Notes: a model not told the origin generated them from the sequence alone. Shown: positions 1 to 10,081, numbered from the stretch's first letter. The stretch is 40,930 bases of DNA from Acutalibacteraceae bacterium (GCA_045649705.1 JAZRQI010000283.1:1-40930), one strand, 5' to 3'. Numbers and translations: made by a program.

Positions 1-113
1 ATATTGGAAAAAGTAACATTTGAAAAACTGCTTGCAGCAACAAATATAATTGAAATTGCCGCAATAACAATCAGTAAAATTTTACCTATGAAACTTATGT
101 TTCTTTTTTTCAT
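1..113 (-). CDS. partial CDS, 5' end only (continues past the left edge); N-terminally membrane-anchored or secreted protein, function unknown
   Basis: My own minus-strand translation from ATG 113-111 gives MKKRNISFIGKILLIVIAAISIIFVAASSFSNVTFSN..., a basic n-region plus hydrophobic span. GGAAGGA lies upstream. Absent from the ORF track because it has no stop in the window. Confidence 0.35.
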   Translation of the reverse strand, partial: MKKRNISFIGKILLIVIAAISIIFVAASSFSNVTFSN

Positions 114-130
114 TTTACATTTTCCTTCCG

Positions 131-865
131 TTAATAATAAACCTTGTTAAGATACAAGCCTTCAGGCGGTGCTGTACAACCTGCTTTTTCACGGTTTTCA
201 GCAGAAATTATTTCGCTTATTTTACCTTTTTCAATTTTTCCGCTTGATATATCAAGAAGTGTACCAACCATAATCCGCACCATATTGTACAGAAAACCGT
301 TACCGCTGACATAAAACAGAACTTCATCACCCTGTCTTTCAACGCGACAGGAATAAATTTCCCTAGTCATATCTTCAACTGAACTGCCCGTTGCACAAAA
401 AGATGAAAAGTTGTGAACACCTACAAAACTCTGTGCCTCTTTGTTAAGCATATCGGCATCAAGATTATATTTGTAATGATAATACAAACCGTTAGTGAAC
501 GGATTTCTCTCCTGCGCATTCCAGATTTTATACACATACTCTTTACCTTTACAGTCATATCTTGCATGAAAATCATACGGCACTTCTTTGCAGGATTTCA
601 CTGCTATATCAAAAGGAAGATTAGCATTAAGTGCCGCAGGAATTCTTGAAACAGGAATATCTTTTTCAGTTCTGAAATTACAACAGAACATATTAGCATG
701 AACACCTGAATCAGTTCTGCTACATCCCTTTACATCTTCTCTTTTACCGAAAACTGATTCAATTGCATCCTGAAGTTTTTCCTGTACCGTAACGGCATTT
801 GACTGCACCTGCCAACCATGATATGCACTTCCGTTATAACTTATTTCCAAAAGAAAGTTTTTCAT
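131..865 (-). CDS. truA: tRNA pseudouridine(38-40) synthase TruA
   Basis: The N-terminus ...LLEISYNGSAYHGWQVQ and the RTDSGVHA catalytic-Asp motif are TruA hallmarks. The track start at 877 is TTG; I prefer ATG at 865, which has GGTGA upstream. It follows ecfT, as is usual in Firmicutes. Confidence 0.9.
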   Translation of the reverse strand: MKNFLLEISYNGSAYHGWQVQSNAVTVQEKLQDAIESVFGKREDVKGCSRTDSGVHANMFCCNFRTEKDIPVSRIPAALNANLPFDIAVKSCKEVPYDFHARYDCKGKEYVYKIWNAQERNPFTNGLYYHYKYNLDADMLNKEAQSFVGVHNFSSFCATGSSVEDMTREIYSCRVERQGDEVLFYVSGNGFLYNMVRIMVGTLLDISSGKIEKGKISEIISAENREKAGCTAPPEGLYLNKVYY

Positions 866-877
866 ATCTTTCACCAA

Positions 878-1705
878 TCAGATTACTGAAACAAATTTTA
901 TGTTCAGGAAAATTATACCTGCAAAAACCACTGTAAAGATGAGACCTACAAACAAATCACAGATTTTGAATTTCATCTGTTTCATTCTTGTTCTTCCGTC
1001 ACCGCCTGTATAACAACGGCAGTCCATTGCAAAAGCAAGTTCATAAGCTCGCCTGAAAGAAGAAACAAAAAGAGGAATTATAATCGGTATAAGAGCCTTT
1101 GCTCTCTGCATAATGCCTCCGCTTTCAAGGTCAGCACCTCTGGCTTTCTGCGCATTCATAATCTTATCAATTTCTTCAATAAGTGTGGGTATAAAACGCA
1201 AAGCAAGAGTCATCATCATTGCAAGTGTATGAACTCTGAAATTAAATGGTTTCAGAATAAAATCAAGAGGTTTCAGAAGTTTTTCAATACCGTCAGTCAG
1301 CATTGTTGGGGTAGTTGTGTAAGTAAGAAGCGAACTGATGATAATAAGACAGAATATTCTGATTGCGATAAAAATTGCCGTGAAAACTGATTTGTAAGTA
1401 ATTGTAATTTTCCAGAAAGAAACGAGAACTTCTCCTCCTGTTGTATAAAAAATATTAAGCACTGCAGTAAACAATACAAGCGGAATAATAGGTTTTATAC
1501 TTTTAAGGAACATTTTTACGGGAACTTTTGATACAAGCATTGAAACGAAAGTAAGTAACGCCATAAGTCCCAGTGAATAAAAGTTTTTACAAAGAAAAAT
1601 GACTATAATAAATGCAATAGTCAACAAAAGCTTTGTTCTGGGGTCACACTTATGGAGAACGGAATCCGCTTTATAATACTGTCCGATAGTTATATCTTTA
1701 ATCAT
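878..1705 (-). CDS. ecfT: energy-coupling factor (ECF) transporter transmembrane component EcfT
   Basis: Polytopic membrane protein with the AQKARGAD coupling-helix motif. Its ATGA start/stop overlaps ecfA2. The ecfA1-ecfA2-ecfT-truA order is conserved. Confidence 0.9.
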   Translation of the reverse strand: MIKDITIGQYYKADSVLHKCDPRTKLLLTIAFIIVIFLCKNFYSLGLMALLTFVSMLVSKVPVKMFLKSIKPIIPLVLFTAVLNIFYTTGGEVLVSFWKITITYKSVFTAIFIAIRIFCLIIISSLLTYTTTPTMLTDGIEKLLKPLDFILKPFNFRVHTLAMMMTLALRFIPTLIEEIDKIMNAQKARGADLESGGIMQRAKALIPIIIPLFVSSFRRAYELAFAMDCRCYTGGDGRTRMKQMKFKICDLFVGLIFTVVFAGIIFLNIKFVSVI

Positions 1706-2565
1706 AATGAATAACCCTCCTTTTTAAGTCGGATTATTTCCTGAACACCTTGCTCAACTGTATAGATGTTTCCGTTTATGGGGAAACCGTCATTTTTAAG
1801 TTTCATAAATACTCTTGTAATCTGAGGAACATTAAGTCCCATAGTTACAAGTTCATCTGCACGTGAATAGACTTCATCAATAGTACCGTACATTGCAACT
1901 TCGCCTTTGTTCATAACAAGTGCTTTTGTCGCAATACGGGCAACATCTTCCATACTATGTGAAACTATAATAACAGTACTACCTGTCTTTTCCTGATAAT
2001 CTTTAATCAGACCGAACACAGTGTCTCTGCCACGGGGGTCAAGACCTGCTGTAGGTTCATCAAGCACAAGAACCTCAGGTTCCATTGCCATAACACCGGC
2101 AATTGCAACTCGTCTCTTTTCGCCACCTGATAAATCAAAGGGAGATTTTTCAAGATATGATTTATCAAGACCTACATAGTCAATACATTTAAGTACACGG
2201 CGATTTATTTCTTCTTCATCAAGCTTCATATTTTTAGGACCGAAAGCAATATCTCTGCCAACAGTTTCTTCAAAAAGCTGATATTCCGGATACTGAAAAC
2301 AAAGACCTACTTTAAAACGTGATTCAATAGTAGTCTGCTTATTCTCATTTATATCCTTACCGTTGAGAAGCACCTGACCGTGAGTAGGTTTCAGCAAACC
2401 GTTAAAATGCTGAATAAGGGTGCTTTTACCCGAACCTGTGTGACCGATAATGCCCACAAGTTCTCCTTTTTCTATATCAAAACTGCAATTGTTTAATGCT
2501 ACTGCTTCCGAGGACGTTCCCTGCCCATAAATATGGGTCAGCCCCCTTACGGATAACACGTTCAT
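1702..2565 (-). CDS. ecfA2: ECF transporter ATPase component EcfA2
   Basis: ABC ATPase with Walker A GHTGSGKST, signature LSGGEKRR and Walker B VLVLDEPTAGLD. It is the second of two tandem ATPases upstream of ecfT. Confidence 0.9.
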   Translation of the reverse strand: MNVLSVRGLTHIYGQGTSSEAVALNNCSFDIEKGELVGIIGHTGSGKSTLIQHFNGLLKPTHGQVLLNGKDINENKQTTIESRFKVGLCFQYPEYQLFEETVGRDIAFGPKNMKLDEEEINRRVLKCIDYVGLDKSYLEKSPFDLSGGEKRRVAIAGVMAMEPEVLVLDEPTAGLDPRGRDTVFGLIKDYQEKTGSTVIIVSHSMEDVARIATKALVMNKGEVAMYGTIDEVYSRADELVTMGLNVPQITRVFMKLKNDGFPINGNIYTVEQGVQEIIRLKKEGYSL

Positions 2566-2585
2566 TACAACACCTTTTTTCTAAC

Positions 2586-3434
2586 TTAAAATAATTCTTT
2601 TATGGCTTGTACACAATCGTCCTCAAAAAGAACGTTTCCTGCCATATCTATACCGTTTTCTTTGAGTCTGAACTGCAGTTCTCTTGCCTGAGGCACATCG
2701 AGACCTACTTCTTTCAGACCGTTTACATCACTGAAAACATCTTCAGGTTTACCGTCTGTCATTATCTCACCGTTGTTGACAACAATAACTCTGTCAGCCA
2801 TTACAGCCTCATCCATAAAGTGAGTAATAAACATAACTGTTTTACCCTGTTCTTTATTTATTTTCATTATTGTGTTCATAACTGCTTGTCTGCCTCTAGG
2901 GTCAAGCATTGCAGTAGGTTCATCGAAAACAATACCGTCTGTCTGCATTGCAAGAATACCCGCAATTGCCACTCGCTGTTTCTGTCCGCCTGACAAGTTA
3001 TGAGGTTCTGCAAGACGCTTTTCATACATTTCCACAGCTTTAAGAGAAGCATCAACTCTTTCTCTTATTTCCTCAGGCGGTACACCCAGATTTTCAGGTC
3101 CGAATGCAACATCGTCTTCTACAATTGTTGCTACAATCTGATTATCAGGGTTCTGGAAAACCATACCAACCTTGCGTCTTATTTCATATTTTAATTCTTC
3201 ATCCGACGTGTCCATACCCATTACTGTAACTTTCCCGCTTTCGGGGACAAGAATCGAGTTTGTAAGTTTAGCAAGTGTAGATTTACCTGAGCCGTTATGA
3301 CCGAGCACTGCAACAAGCTCACCTTTGTTTATTGTAAGGTTTATATTTTTCAGAGCCAAGGGCAACTCAGGTTCATCTTCCGCGTTTTCGTAACGGAAAG
3401 ACACATTATCAAATTTTATAAATTCTTCAGCCAT
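2586..3434 (-). CDS. ecfA1: ECF transporter ATPase component EcfA1
   Basis: ABC ATPase with GHNGSGKST, LSGGQKQR and IVFDEPTAMLD. The start is trimmed to ATG 3434 (MAEEFIKFDN), which has AAGGTGA 5 nt upstream. The track extension to 3470 would overlap the upstream gene. Confidence 0.9.
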   Translation of the reverse strand: MAEEFIKFDNVSFRYENAEDEPELPLALKNINLTINKGELVAVLGHNGSGKSTLAKLTNSILVPESGKVTVMGMDTSDEELKYEIRRKVGMVFQNPDNQIVATIVEDDVAFGPENLGVPPEEIRERVDASLKAVEMYEKRLAEPHNLSGGQKQRVAIAGILAMQTDGIVFDEPTAMLDPRGRQAVMNTIMKINKEQGKTVMFITHFMDEAVMADRVIVVNNGEIMTDGKPEDVFSDVNGLKEVGLDVPQARELQFRLKENGIDMAGNVLFEDDCVQAIKELF

Positions 3435-3444
3435 ATCTATCACC

Positions 3445-4314
3445 TTATTTCTGCCAGATTGCCGTTGCACCGCAAGGAAGAACCATTTTTGATGATGTTA
3501 CGGGAATACCGATTTCATCACTTGAAACACTTCCGCCGAATTTAGGTACCATTATACTGCCCAGTATGTACTGCATAACGGAAGGTGCGAGACCTGTTGT
3601 GTATGAGTTTATAAACATTGCAAGTGCATCGTCTGCCACGATTTCACTGCAAAGAGAAACAAAGTTATATACTTCATCTTCAAGTTTCCAGATTTCACCA
3701 CCGGGTCCTCTGCCGTATGAGGGCGGGTCCATAATGATTATATCGTATTTATTGCCTCTGCGGATTTCTCTCTGTACAAATTTAATACAATCATCTACAA
3801 GCCACCTTACAGGCTTGTCACTAACTCCGCTGAGAGAAGCATTTTCCCTTGCCCACTGTACCATACCTTTGGAAGCATCAACGTGTGTGACAGATGCTCC
3901 TGCTTTAAGACAAGCAATTGTAGCGCCGCCTGTGTAAGCAAAAAGGTTAAGAACTTTAACAGGACGTCCCGCGTTTTTGATAATATCGGTCATATAATCC
4001 CAGTTAACTGCCTGTTCAGGGAAAAGACCTGTATGCTTAAATCCCATAGTTTTAATATGGAAAGTAAGGTTATTATAATCTATGTTCCACTCTGCAGGAA
4101 TCTTCGTATATGTTTCCCACTGACCACCGCCACTGTTTGAGCGGTGATAACGGGCATTGGCTTTTCTCCATAAAGGATGAGTTTTATTTGTTTTCCAGAT
4201 CACCTGAGGGTCCGGTCTGATGAGAACAATATCTCCCCATCTTTCAAGACGCTCACCTTCTGAGCAATCAATAAGTTCATAGTCCTTCCACGATAACGGT
4301 GTACGCATAATCAC
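3445..4314 (-). CDS. class I SAM-dependent methyltransferase (RlmI/RlmK-like catalytic domain type)
   Basis: Carries a SAM-binding core FAYTGGATIACLKAGA..VTHVDAS and IIIMDPPSYGRG (DPP-type motif). The GTG start forms a GTGA overlap with the glmM stop; ATG at 4308 is an alternative. Confidence 0.75.
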   Translation of the reverse strand: MIMRTPLSWKDYELIDCSEGERLERWGDIVLIRPDPQVIWKTNKTHPLWRKANARYHRSNSGGGQWETYTKIPAEWNIDYNNLTFHIKTMGFKHTGLFPEQAVNWDYMTDIIKNAGRPVKVLNLFAYTGGATIACLKAGASVTHVDASKGMVQWARENASLSGVSDKPVRWLVDDCIKFVQREIRRGNKYDIIIMDPPSYGRGPGGEIWKLEDEVYNFVSLCSEIVADDALAMFINSYTTGLAPSVMQYILGSIMVPKFGGSVSSDEIGIPVTSSKMVLPCGATAIWQK

Positions 4315-5660
4315 ATTAACCTTTCTTCAACTACTTTTGCTACTTCGGATGCCAGACGGTTTATAAGTTTTTCGTCTTCACCCTCAAGCATGACTCTTAC
4401 TAATGGTTCTGTCCCTGAAACACGGACAAGAACTCTTCCTTTATTTCCTAACTCTTTTTCAGCCTCTATTATGGCAATTTTTATTGATTCATCAGTTGCA
4501 AAACGAACTTTTCCCATTTGTGAAACACGGACATTTCTTGTCACCTGAGGATAAACATTCATTTCTGATGCAAGTTCCGACAACTTTTTACCTGTCTTTT
4601 TCATTACCCTCAACAGTTGCAATGCTGTAAGCTGACCGTCACCTGTAGTGGCATAGTCAAGAAATATCACATGACCTGACTGTTCACCGCCGATATTGTA
4701 TCCGTTCTCCAGCATATTCTCAAGAACATATCTGTCGCCTACTTTTGTCTTTTCGCAGGAAATTCCGTTTTCTTCGCAGAATCTGAAAAATCCCATATTA
4801 CTCATAACTGTTACAACCGCAGTGTCTTTTTTCAGTCTGCCTTCTTCTTTCATTGCCTTTGCACAAATGGAAATAATTTTATCTCCGTCAACAATTTCTC
4901 CGTTTTCATCAACACAGAGAAGTCTGTCAGCATCTCCGTCAAAAGCAAGACCTATCTGACAATGAGGGTTATTTTTCACGTATTCACTGAGATTTCCAAG
5001 ATGAGTAGAACCGCAGTGAAAGTTAATATTTGTACCGTCAGGATTTGCTGAAAGAACCTGACATTTTGCACCGAGACGCTCAAACATCTTCGGTGCTGTA
5101 ACACTTGAAGAGCCGTTTGCACAGTCTATGGCAATATTCATGCCTTCAAGGTCACAATCAATCGTTGTTTCAAGATGAGCAATATAATCAAATATTGCGA
5201 AAGATGACCTATCAATTCTACCTATATTCTCACCTGTTGCCTGAGGTACAACACCTGTGTCGTCAAGAATAATAGCTTCTATTTCTTCTTCAACACTGTC
5301 AGGTAATTTGTATCCGTCAGACTTAAAAATTTTAATTCCGTTATATTCAAAAGGGTTATGGGAAGCAGAAATCATTATTCCTGCATCATACCTGTATTTT
5401 TTTACAAGATACGCTACTGCGGGAGTAGGAATAACACCCAACAGTAATACATCTGCACCTACAGAGCACAGACCGGCTGAAATTGAGGATTCAAGCATTT
5501 CTGATGAAATTCTTGTGTCCATACCAATCATAACCTTAGGTCTTTTGTTATCAGCAGAAAGCACCATAGCCGTTGCTCTGCCGATTTGCATTGCCAGTTC
5601 ACAGGTTAAATCTGAATTTGCAATGCCTCTTGCTCCGTCTGTACCGAATAATCTTCCCAT
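4311..5660 (-). CDS. glmM: phosphoglucosamine mutase GlmM
   Basis: The MGRLFGTDGARG N-terminus matches the canonical GlmM start. The active-site loop SASHNP and a DGDADR Mg site are present. ATG 5660 has GGAG 9 nt upstream, whereas the track start 5675 is TTG. Confidence 0.92.
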   Translation of the reverse strand: MGRLFGTDGARGIANSDLTCELAMQIGRATAMVLSADNKRPKVMIGMDTRISSEMLESSISAGLCSVGADVLLLGVIPTPAVAYLVKKYRYDAGIMISASHNPFEYNGIKIFKSDGYKLPDSVEEEIEAIILDDTGVVPQATGENIGRIDRSSFAIFDYIAHLETTIDCDLEGMNIAIDCANGSSSVTAPKMFERLGAKCQVLSANPDGTNINFHCGSTHLGNLSEYVKNNPHCQIGLAFDGDADRLLCVDENGEIVDGDKIISICAKAMKEEGRLKKDTAVVTVMSNMGFFRFCEENGISCEKTKVGDRYVLENMLENGYNIGGEQSGHVIFLDYATTGDGQLTALQLLRVMKKTGKKLSELASEMNVYPQVTRNVRVSQMGKVRFATDESIKIAIIEAEKELGNKGRVLVRVSGTEPLVRVMLEGEDEKLINRLASEVAKVVEERLM

Positions 5661-5675
5661 AAATGAACGCTCCAA

Positions 5676-6701
5676 TCACATCATCATTTGTTGACCGGGC
5701 ATCGGAATTCCTAAATGGTTGTATCCGGCAGGTGTTACTACCCTGCCTCTCGGTGTTTTGCTGATAAAACCGAGTTGCAACAGATAAGGTTCGTAAACGT
5801 CTTCAATTGTAACGGATTCTTCACCGATTGTTGCTGCTATTGTTTCAAGACCAACGGGACCGCCGTTGTAGTTTTTAATCATTGAAGTCAACATCAGTCT
5901 GTCGATATTATCAAGACCTAACCTGTCAATTTCCATTCTTGACAAAGCAAGGTTTGCACTGTCGGAGGTGATTGTACCGTTACCTACAACTTCGGCAAAG
6001 TCACGAGAACGTTTAAGAAGTCTGTTCGCAATTCTTGGAGTGCCTCTTGAACGGGAGGCAATTTCCAACGCCCCTTCATTTTCTATGCCAATACCTAAGA
6101 TATTAGCACTTCTTGTGACTATTTTGCCCAATTCTTCGGGAGAATATAATTCAAGTCGCAGTACAACACCGAATCTGTCACGAAGCGGTGCAGAAAGCTG
6201 ACCTGCTCTTGTTGTTGCACCTACAAGTGTAAAATGGGGTAAATCAAGTCTGATTGAACGTGCTGAAGGTCCTTTACCAATGATAATATCAAGTGCATTA
6301 TCTTCCATTGCGGGATAAAGAACTTCTTCTACTGCACGGGAAAGACGGTGAATTTCGTCAATAAACAAAACGTCACCCTCATTAAGATTTGTAAGCAAAG
6401 CTGCCAAGTCACCGGGTTTTTCAATTGCAGGGCCTGATGTTACTCTGAAATTAACACCCATTTCATTTGCAATGATACCTGCAAGTGTTGTTTTACCAAG
6501 TCCGGGAGGTCCGTAAAGTAAAACGTGGTCAAGTGCTTCGTTTCTGTTTTTAGCAGCCTCAATATATATTTTTAAATTTTCTTTTGCCTTTTCCTGTCCT
6601 ATATAATCTCCGAGACTTCTCGGTCTGAGCGACAGTTCAAGGTCAACGTCCTCCGGAGAATAATCAGGAGTCACTATACGGTTTTCAAAATCTGTATCCA
6701 T
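5676..6701 (-). CDS. ruvB: Holliday junction branch migration DNA helicase RuvB
   Basis: AAA+ motifs are present: [25 protein letters not shown] and sensor residues. It sits in ruvC-ruvA-ruvB order. Start is ATG 6701, or GTG 6704 one codon upstream; GAGGAG is the RBS. Confidence 0.95.
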   Translation of the reverse strand: MDTDFENRIVTPDYSPEDVDLELSLRPRSLGDYIGQEKAKENLKIYIEAAKNRNEALDHVLLYGPPGLGKTTLAGIIANEMGVNFRVTSGPAIEKPGDLAALLTNLNEGDVLFIDEIHRLSRAVEEVLYPAMEDNALDIIIGKGPSARSIRLDLPHFTLVGATTRAGQLSAPLRDRFGVVLRLELYSPEELGKIVTRSANILGIGIENEGALEIASRSRGTPRIANRLLKRSRDFAEVVGNGTITSDSANLALSRMEIDRLGLDNIDRLMLTSMIKNYNGGPVGLETIAATIGEESVTIEDVYEPYLLQLGFISKTPRGRVVTPAGYNHLGIPMPGQQMMM

Positions 6702-6720
6702 CACTGTTCACTCCTCACTT

Positions 6721-7323
6721 TCAAGACATAAGTTTTTTAAGTCCGATTTTTATAAGGTCTTCCGTGCTGACAGTTGCATCTGCACCTTTGAGTACATTCT
6801 GTGCTTCTCCTCTTGTGTAACCGAGAGATACAAGAGCTGCCGTTGCCTCTGCAATGTTTCCTGAGGCTGTAGTTGCTGTAACATCTTCTTCTCTGAGTAT
6901 TCCCACTGCTTCTTCAAGGTCAATTTTAAGTTTATTCTTAAGTTCAAGAACAACTCTCTGTGCAAGTTTGGGACCTACACCCTGAGCCTGTGTAATAGCT
7001 TTTACATCACCTACCGCAACACTTGCTGCCAGTGCCTCAGGACTAAGTCTTGACAGAATTGCAAGACCTGCTTTCGGTCCTACACCTGAAACTGAAATAA
7101 GCTGTTTGAAACATTCAAGTTCTTTTTTATCGTGGAATGCAAACAAATCCATTGCATCTTCACGGACATTCAGGTAAGTGAAAACAAAAACTTCCTCACC
7201 TGTTTTAGGTAATCTTTTCAGTGTGTTTGCTGTTGAAAAACACATATATCCTACTCCGCCGCACTCAACGGCAAAAGAGGTTTCATCAGAAAAAATCAAT
7301 TTTCCTCTTAAACTGTAATACAT
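6721..7323 (-). CDS. ruvA: Holliday junction DNA-binding protein RuvA
   Basis: Carries the helix-hairpin-helix pair LISVSGVGPKAGLAIL / ITQAQGVGPKLAQRVVLELK. At 200 aa it sits between ruvC and ruvB. Confidence 0.93.
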   Translation of the reverse strand: MYYSLRGKLIFSDETSFAVECGGVGYMCFSTANTLKRLPKTGEEVFVFTYLNVREDAMDLFAFHDKKELECFKQLISVSGVGPKAGLAILSRLSPEALAASVAVGDVKAITQAQGVGPKLAQRVVLELKNKLKIDLEEAVGILREEDVTATTASGNIAEATAALVSLGYTRGEAQNVLKGADATVSTEDLIKIGLKKLMS

Positions 7324-7337
7324 TTAATCACAACCTT

Positions 7338-7829
7338 TTATCTGAGTTTTCCAAGCAATGACCCGTGAGCATGAGCGTGACATATCGCCATTGCCAACGC
7401 ATCAGCCACGTCGTCAGGTTTGGGAATTTTTTCAAGATGCAGAATCATTCTTGTCATTTCCTGAACCTGTTTCTTCTCTGCTCTACCGTAGCCTACAACA
7501 CTTTGTTTTACCTGCAAGGGTGTATATTCAAAAGCAGGAAGATTGTTCTTCTGTGCCGCAAGCATTATAACGCCTCTTGCTTGTCCTACATCTATAACCG
7601 TTTTCTGGTTTGAATTAAAAAACAGTTTTTCAATTGACAATGCATCCGGATGAGTTCTTTTTATCATTTCATCAATGCCGTCATAGATAACTTCAAGTCT
7701 TCTGTTAAAAGGCATTTCTGCAGGTGTTGTTATCGCTGAGTATTCAATCACCCTGAAATGGTTATTTACATATTCAATTACACCGCATCCTACGATAGCA
7801 TATCCGGGGTCAATTCCTAAAATTATCAT
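7338..7829 (-). CDS. ruvC: crossover junction endodeoxyribonuclease RuvC
   Basis: MIILGIDPGYA... is the canonical RuvC N-terminus with the catalytic Asp. The start is trimmed to ATG 7829 because a strong promoter (7872-7900) lies inside the track's 5' extension to 7940. Confidence 0.9.
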   Translation of the reverse strand: MIILGIDPGYAIVGCGVIEYVNNHFRVIEYSAITTPAEMPFNRRLEVIYDGIDEMIKRTHPDALSIEKLFFNSNQKTVIDVGQARGVIMLAAQKNNLPAFEYTPLQVKQSVVGYGRAEKKQVQEMTRMILHLEKIPKPDDVADALAMAICHAHAHGSLLGKLR

Positions 7830-7871
7830 TATTAAACGCCTCATATACATACTTAGCCATATTATCAAGAT

Positions 7872-7900
7872 ATTATAGCACATTTGTACGTTTAAAGCAA
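7872..7900 (-). promoter_or_regulatory. sigma-A type promoter of ruvCAB (TTGCTT-17-TATAAT with TG extension)
   Basis: The minus strand reads TTGCTTtaaacgtacaaatgtgcTATAAT. It lies about 45 nt upstream of the ruvC ATG. Confidence 0.6.
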
Positions 7901-7909
7901 GATAAATAT

Positions 7910-7950
7910 AAACAAAATTCAGCGACTGTGTTTTTTTCACAGTCGCTGAA
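7910..7950 (-). terminator. rho-independent terminator after the HAD phosphatase gene
   Basis: A 13-bp stem TTCAGCGACTGTG/CACAGTCGCTGAA with a 7-nt loop is followed on the minus strand by TTTTGTTTAT. Confidence 0.75.
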
Positions 7951-7952
7951 AC

Positions 7953-8486
7953 TCACTTGAAATATATTGATTTTAAATCTCTGTTTATATTGATTTTCTT
8001 TAAATAATCAATCTCGTCCTGTCTTGCTTTTTTCCAGTAAAAAGAAGCCAACTCTTTCCTGTAAGGTTTCACATAAACGGAAACTGCACCGCAATTATTT
8101 GCACCTACAACATCAGTAAAAAGTCTGTCACCGATAAGCGCCATCTCACTGATATCCACACCTGTTCTCTCTGCCGCAAGAAGCATCATTTTTGTATCTG
8201 GTTTTTCAGCAGGACCAAAAGACAGACACCCAAACATTTTACCCATTACCTTTGCTCTGAGTTCAAATGAGTTTGAGATAATTACCACATTAAAACCTGC
8301 CTCTTTGACTTTCCTCAACCATTTCCTGACACCTTTCAGAGGAGTTATTGTGCAATCATAGACAGAAGTGTTATCAAGGTCTATTGCAACAGTTTTAACA
8401 CGCATTTTTTTCAAATCATCTACTGTAATATCTACAAGACGATCAAACAGATAATTAGGAGTCGCATTAACAGAAAAATCAGTCAT
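7953..8486 (-). CDS. YqeG-family HAD-IIIA phosphatase
   Basis: Motifs DLDNT, ISNS, KP and GDRLFTD are collinear with Bacillus YqeG. The start is trimmed to ATG 8486 (MTDFSVN), which overlaps the MFS gene stop by 8 nt. Confidence 0.75.
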   Translation of the reverse strand: MTDFSVNATPNYLFDRLVDITVDDLKKMRVKTVAIDLDNTSVYDCTITPLKGVRKWLRKVKEAGFNVVIISNSFELRAKVMGKMFGCLSFGPAEKPDTKMMLLAAERTGVDISEMALIGDRLFTDVVGANNCGAVSVYVKPYRKELASFYWKKARQDEIDYLKKININRDLKSIYFK

Positions 8487-9918
8487 CTGACATCTCCGCT
8501 TCTTTGATAAGTTCATCAGGAATAGCCTCACCGTGTCTTACAAAGAGAATGCAAAGCAATGAAAGTATAAATGCGATGGGGCTGAATACAAAGAGTGTGC
8601 TGTAGGTTCCTGAGAACATACGGAACATACCGAACACGATGGGAGCTGCAATCTGTGCTGAGAATGTTGCTGTGTAGTAGTATCCTGTGAAAGTACCGAT
8701 TTTTTCCTGACCACCGATTTCAAGAACGAGAGGAAGTGTGTTAACAGTGATAAGCATATTTGCTGCACCGCCGATAACAAGGAGAATCCAGATTACCCAA
8801 TTGAGTGCAGAACTGTCTTTCAGGAAATAAACAAGTGAAAGTGTTGAGAAGAGGCAAAGTCCGATAAGAATCGTCTTCTTTCTGCCGATTTTTTTACCGA
8901 GTTTACCTGCAGGAATAGCAGCAGCCATTGAGCATACCGCAAACACCGCCATAAGGAATGTTGCCTGAGCTGTTGTCTTGTGAAGAACTTCCTCTGCGAA
9001 AAGCGCAAAGAATGTTGTGATAGCGTTTGATCCGCAGAAAAGGAAGAAGAGACCTGCAAGCATAAACACAAGACTGACTCTTTCACCTTTTGAGAGTTTG
9101 TTCGCTTTAAGACGTTCTTTTTCTTCTTTCTGAGCCTTTGCAACAGCTTCTGCTTCTCTGTTATCAGCAACTGCTTTAAGACGGCTATCAGGTTCTTTAA
9201 CACCGAAACGTAGAACAAAAACTGCAATTACCATAACAACTGAGCCAATAAGGAAAACATAAGGATATGTTGCAGTTTCATCAAAATTGCCTTTGCCGTA
9301 GATTGTGTTGAACACAATAGTAATAATTGAACCCGCAATCATACCAACAAGGCTACCTGCTCCGCCGCAGAGGTTGATAATAGCATTACCCTCACTTCTG
9401 AGTTCAGAGGGAGTAAGGTCAGGCATAAGAGCAACAACAGGTGCTCTCCACAATGACATCGTGAAAACAAACATAATAACTGTTGCCATAAGAAGCGGAA
9501 GGCTTCCGTTTGACAGAAACACAACAGGTATAAGTGCAAAAATGAGTGCTGAAATGGGAGCACCAAGGAAAATGAAAGGTCTGCGTCTGCCGTATTTTGA
9601 GTGGCATCTGTCAGAAAGTTTGCCAAATGTGGGCTGGAAGATAACACCGAAGATGTTATCGAATGTCATAATAATACCGATAAACAGCGGAACAAGAGAA
9701 AAGCCTGCATTACCCTGTGCTTTTGAAAATTCAAGCAAGGCAGGGAATTTTTCCATAAGCTCTGTACTCCATGCATTGATTGTAGCATTGCTTGAAAGTA
9801 CTGCATTGAGGATTTTTGTGATATAAGGGTCATAAATCGCCCAGGCAATTGAAGTTGACATAAAACCAAAACCAATAAGAATGGTCTTTTTAATGTCGAG
9901 TTTTAATTTTTCTGACAT
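8479..9918 (-). CDS. MFS transporter (GPH / sugar-cation symporter-like) with a charged central loop
   Basis: About 12 hydrophobic spans are split by a Lys/Glu-rich loop (KAQKEEKERLKANK). The RRRPFI motif follows TM2-3. ATG start with AGGAG RBS. Confidence 0.8.
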   Translation of the reverse strand: MSEKLKLDIKKTILIGFGFMSTSIAWAIYDPYITKILNAVLSSNATINAWSTELMEKFPALLEFSKAQGNAGFSLVPLFIGIIMTFDNIFGVIFQPTFGKLSDRCHSKYGRRRPFIFLGAPISALIFALIPVVFLSNGSLPLLMATVIMFVFTMSLWRAPVVALMPDLTPSELRSEGNAIINLCGGAGSLVGMIAGSIITIVFNTIYGKGNFDETATYPYVFLIGSVVMVIAVFVLRFGVKEPDSRLKAVADNREAEAVAKAQKEEKERLKANKLSKGERVSLVFMLAGLFFLFCGSNAITTFFALFAEEVLHKTTAQATFLMAVFAVCSMAAAIPAGKLGKKIGRKKTILIGLCLFSTLSLVYFLKDSSALNWVIWILLVIGGAANMLITVNTLPLVLEIGGQEKIGTFTGYYYTATFSAQIAAPIVFGMFRMFSGTYSTLFVFSPIAFILSLLCILFVRHGEAIPDELIKEAEMSDD

Positions 9919-10081
9919 AAGAAAGCTCCTTTACTTTTATGTTCTTTGAGTATTATATATTTTTTATTTGAAAACGGCAATAGATTTTCAAAAAATTGTT
10001 ATGTTTTATTGAAAGATTTTATTGTATATGTAAGTTTTGTAAAAGAACTGATTATATTCAATAAGTTAAAAATTATTTTAA

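Noticed and set aside
5257-5694. 145-aa antisense ORF inside glmM; similar shadow ORFs occur at 9305-9826, 3566-3937, 2607-2993, 15131-15469, 20233-20535, 22823-23209, 24834-25154 and others
   Set aside because: All lie entirely within, and opposite to, genes with strong homology signatures. They have low-complexity or odd composition and no RBS or promoter. These are typical shadow ORFs in AT-rich DNA.
7830-7940. N-terminal 37-codon extension of ruvC in the ORF track
   Set aside because: The extension contains the ruvC promoter (TTGCTT-17-TATAAT) and the upstream terminator, and its residues are not RuvC-like. The conserved protein starts at MIILGIDPG.
8820-9227. 135-aa same-strand alternative-frame ORF within the MFS transporter gene
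   Set aside because: Its Lys/Arg/Gln-rich product comes from the off-frame of the charged-loop region. There is no independent start signal, so I saw no reason to invoke overprinting.
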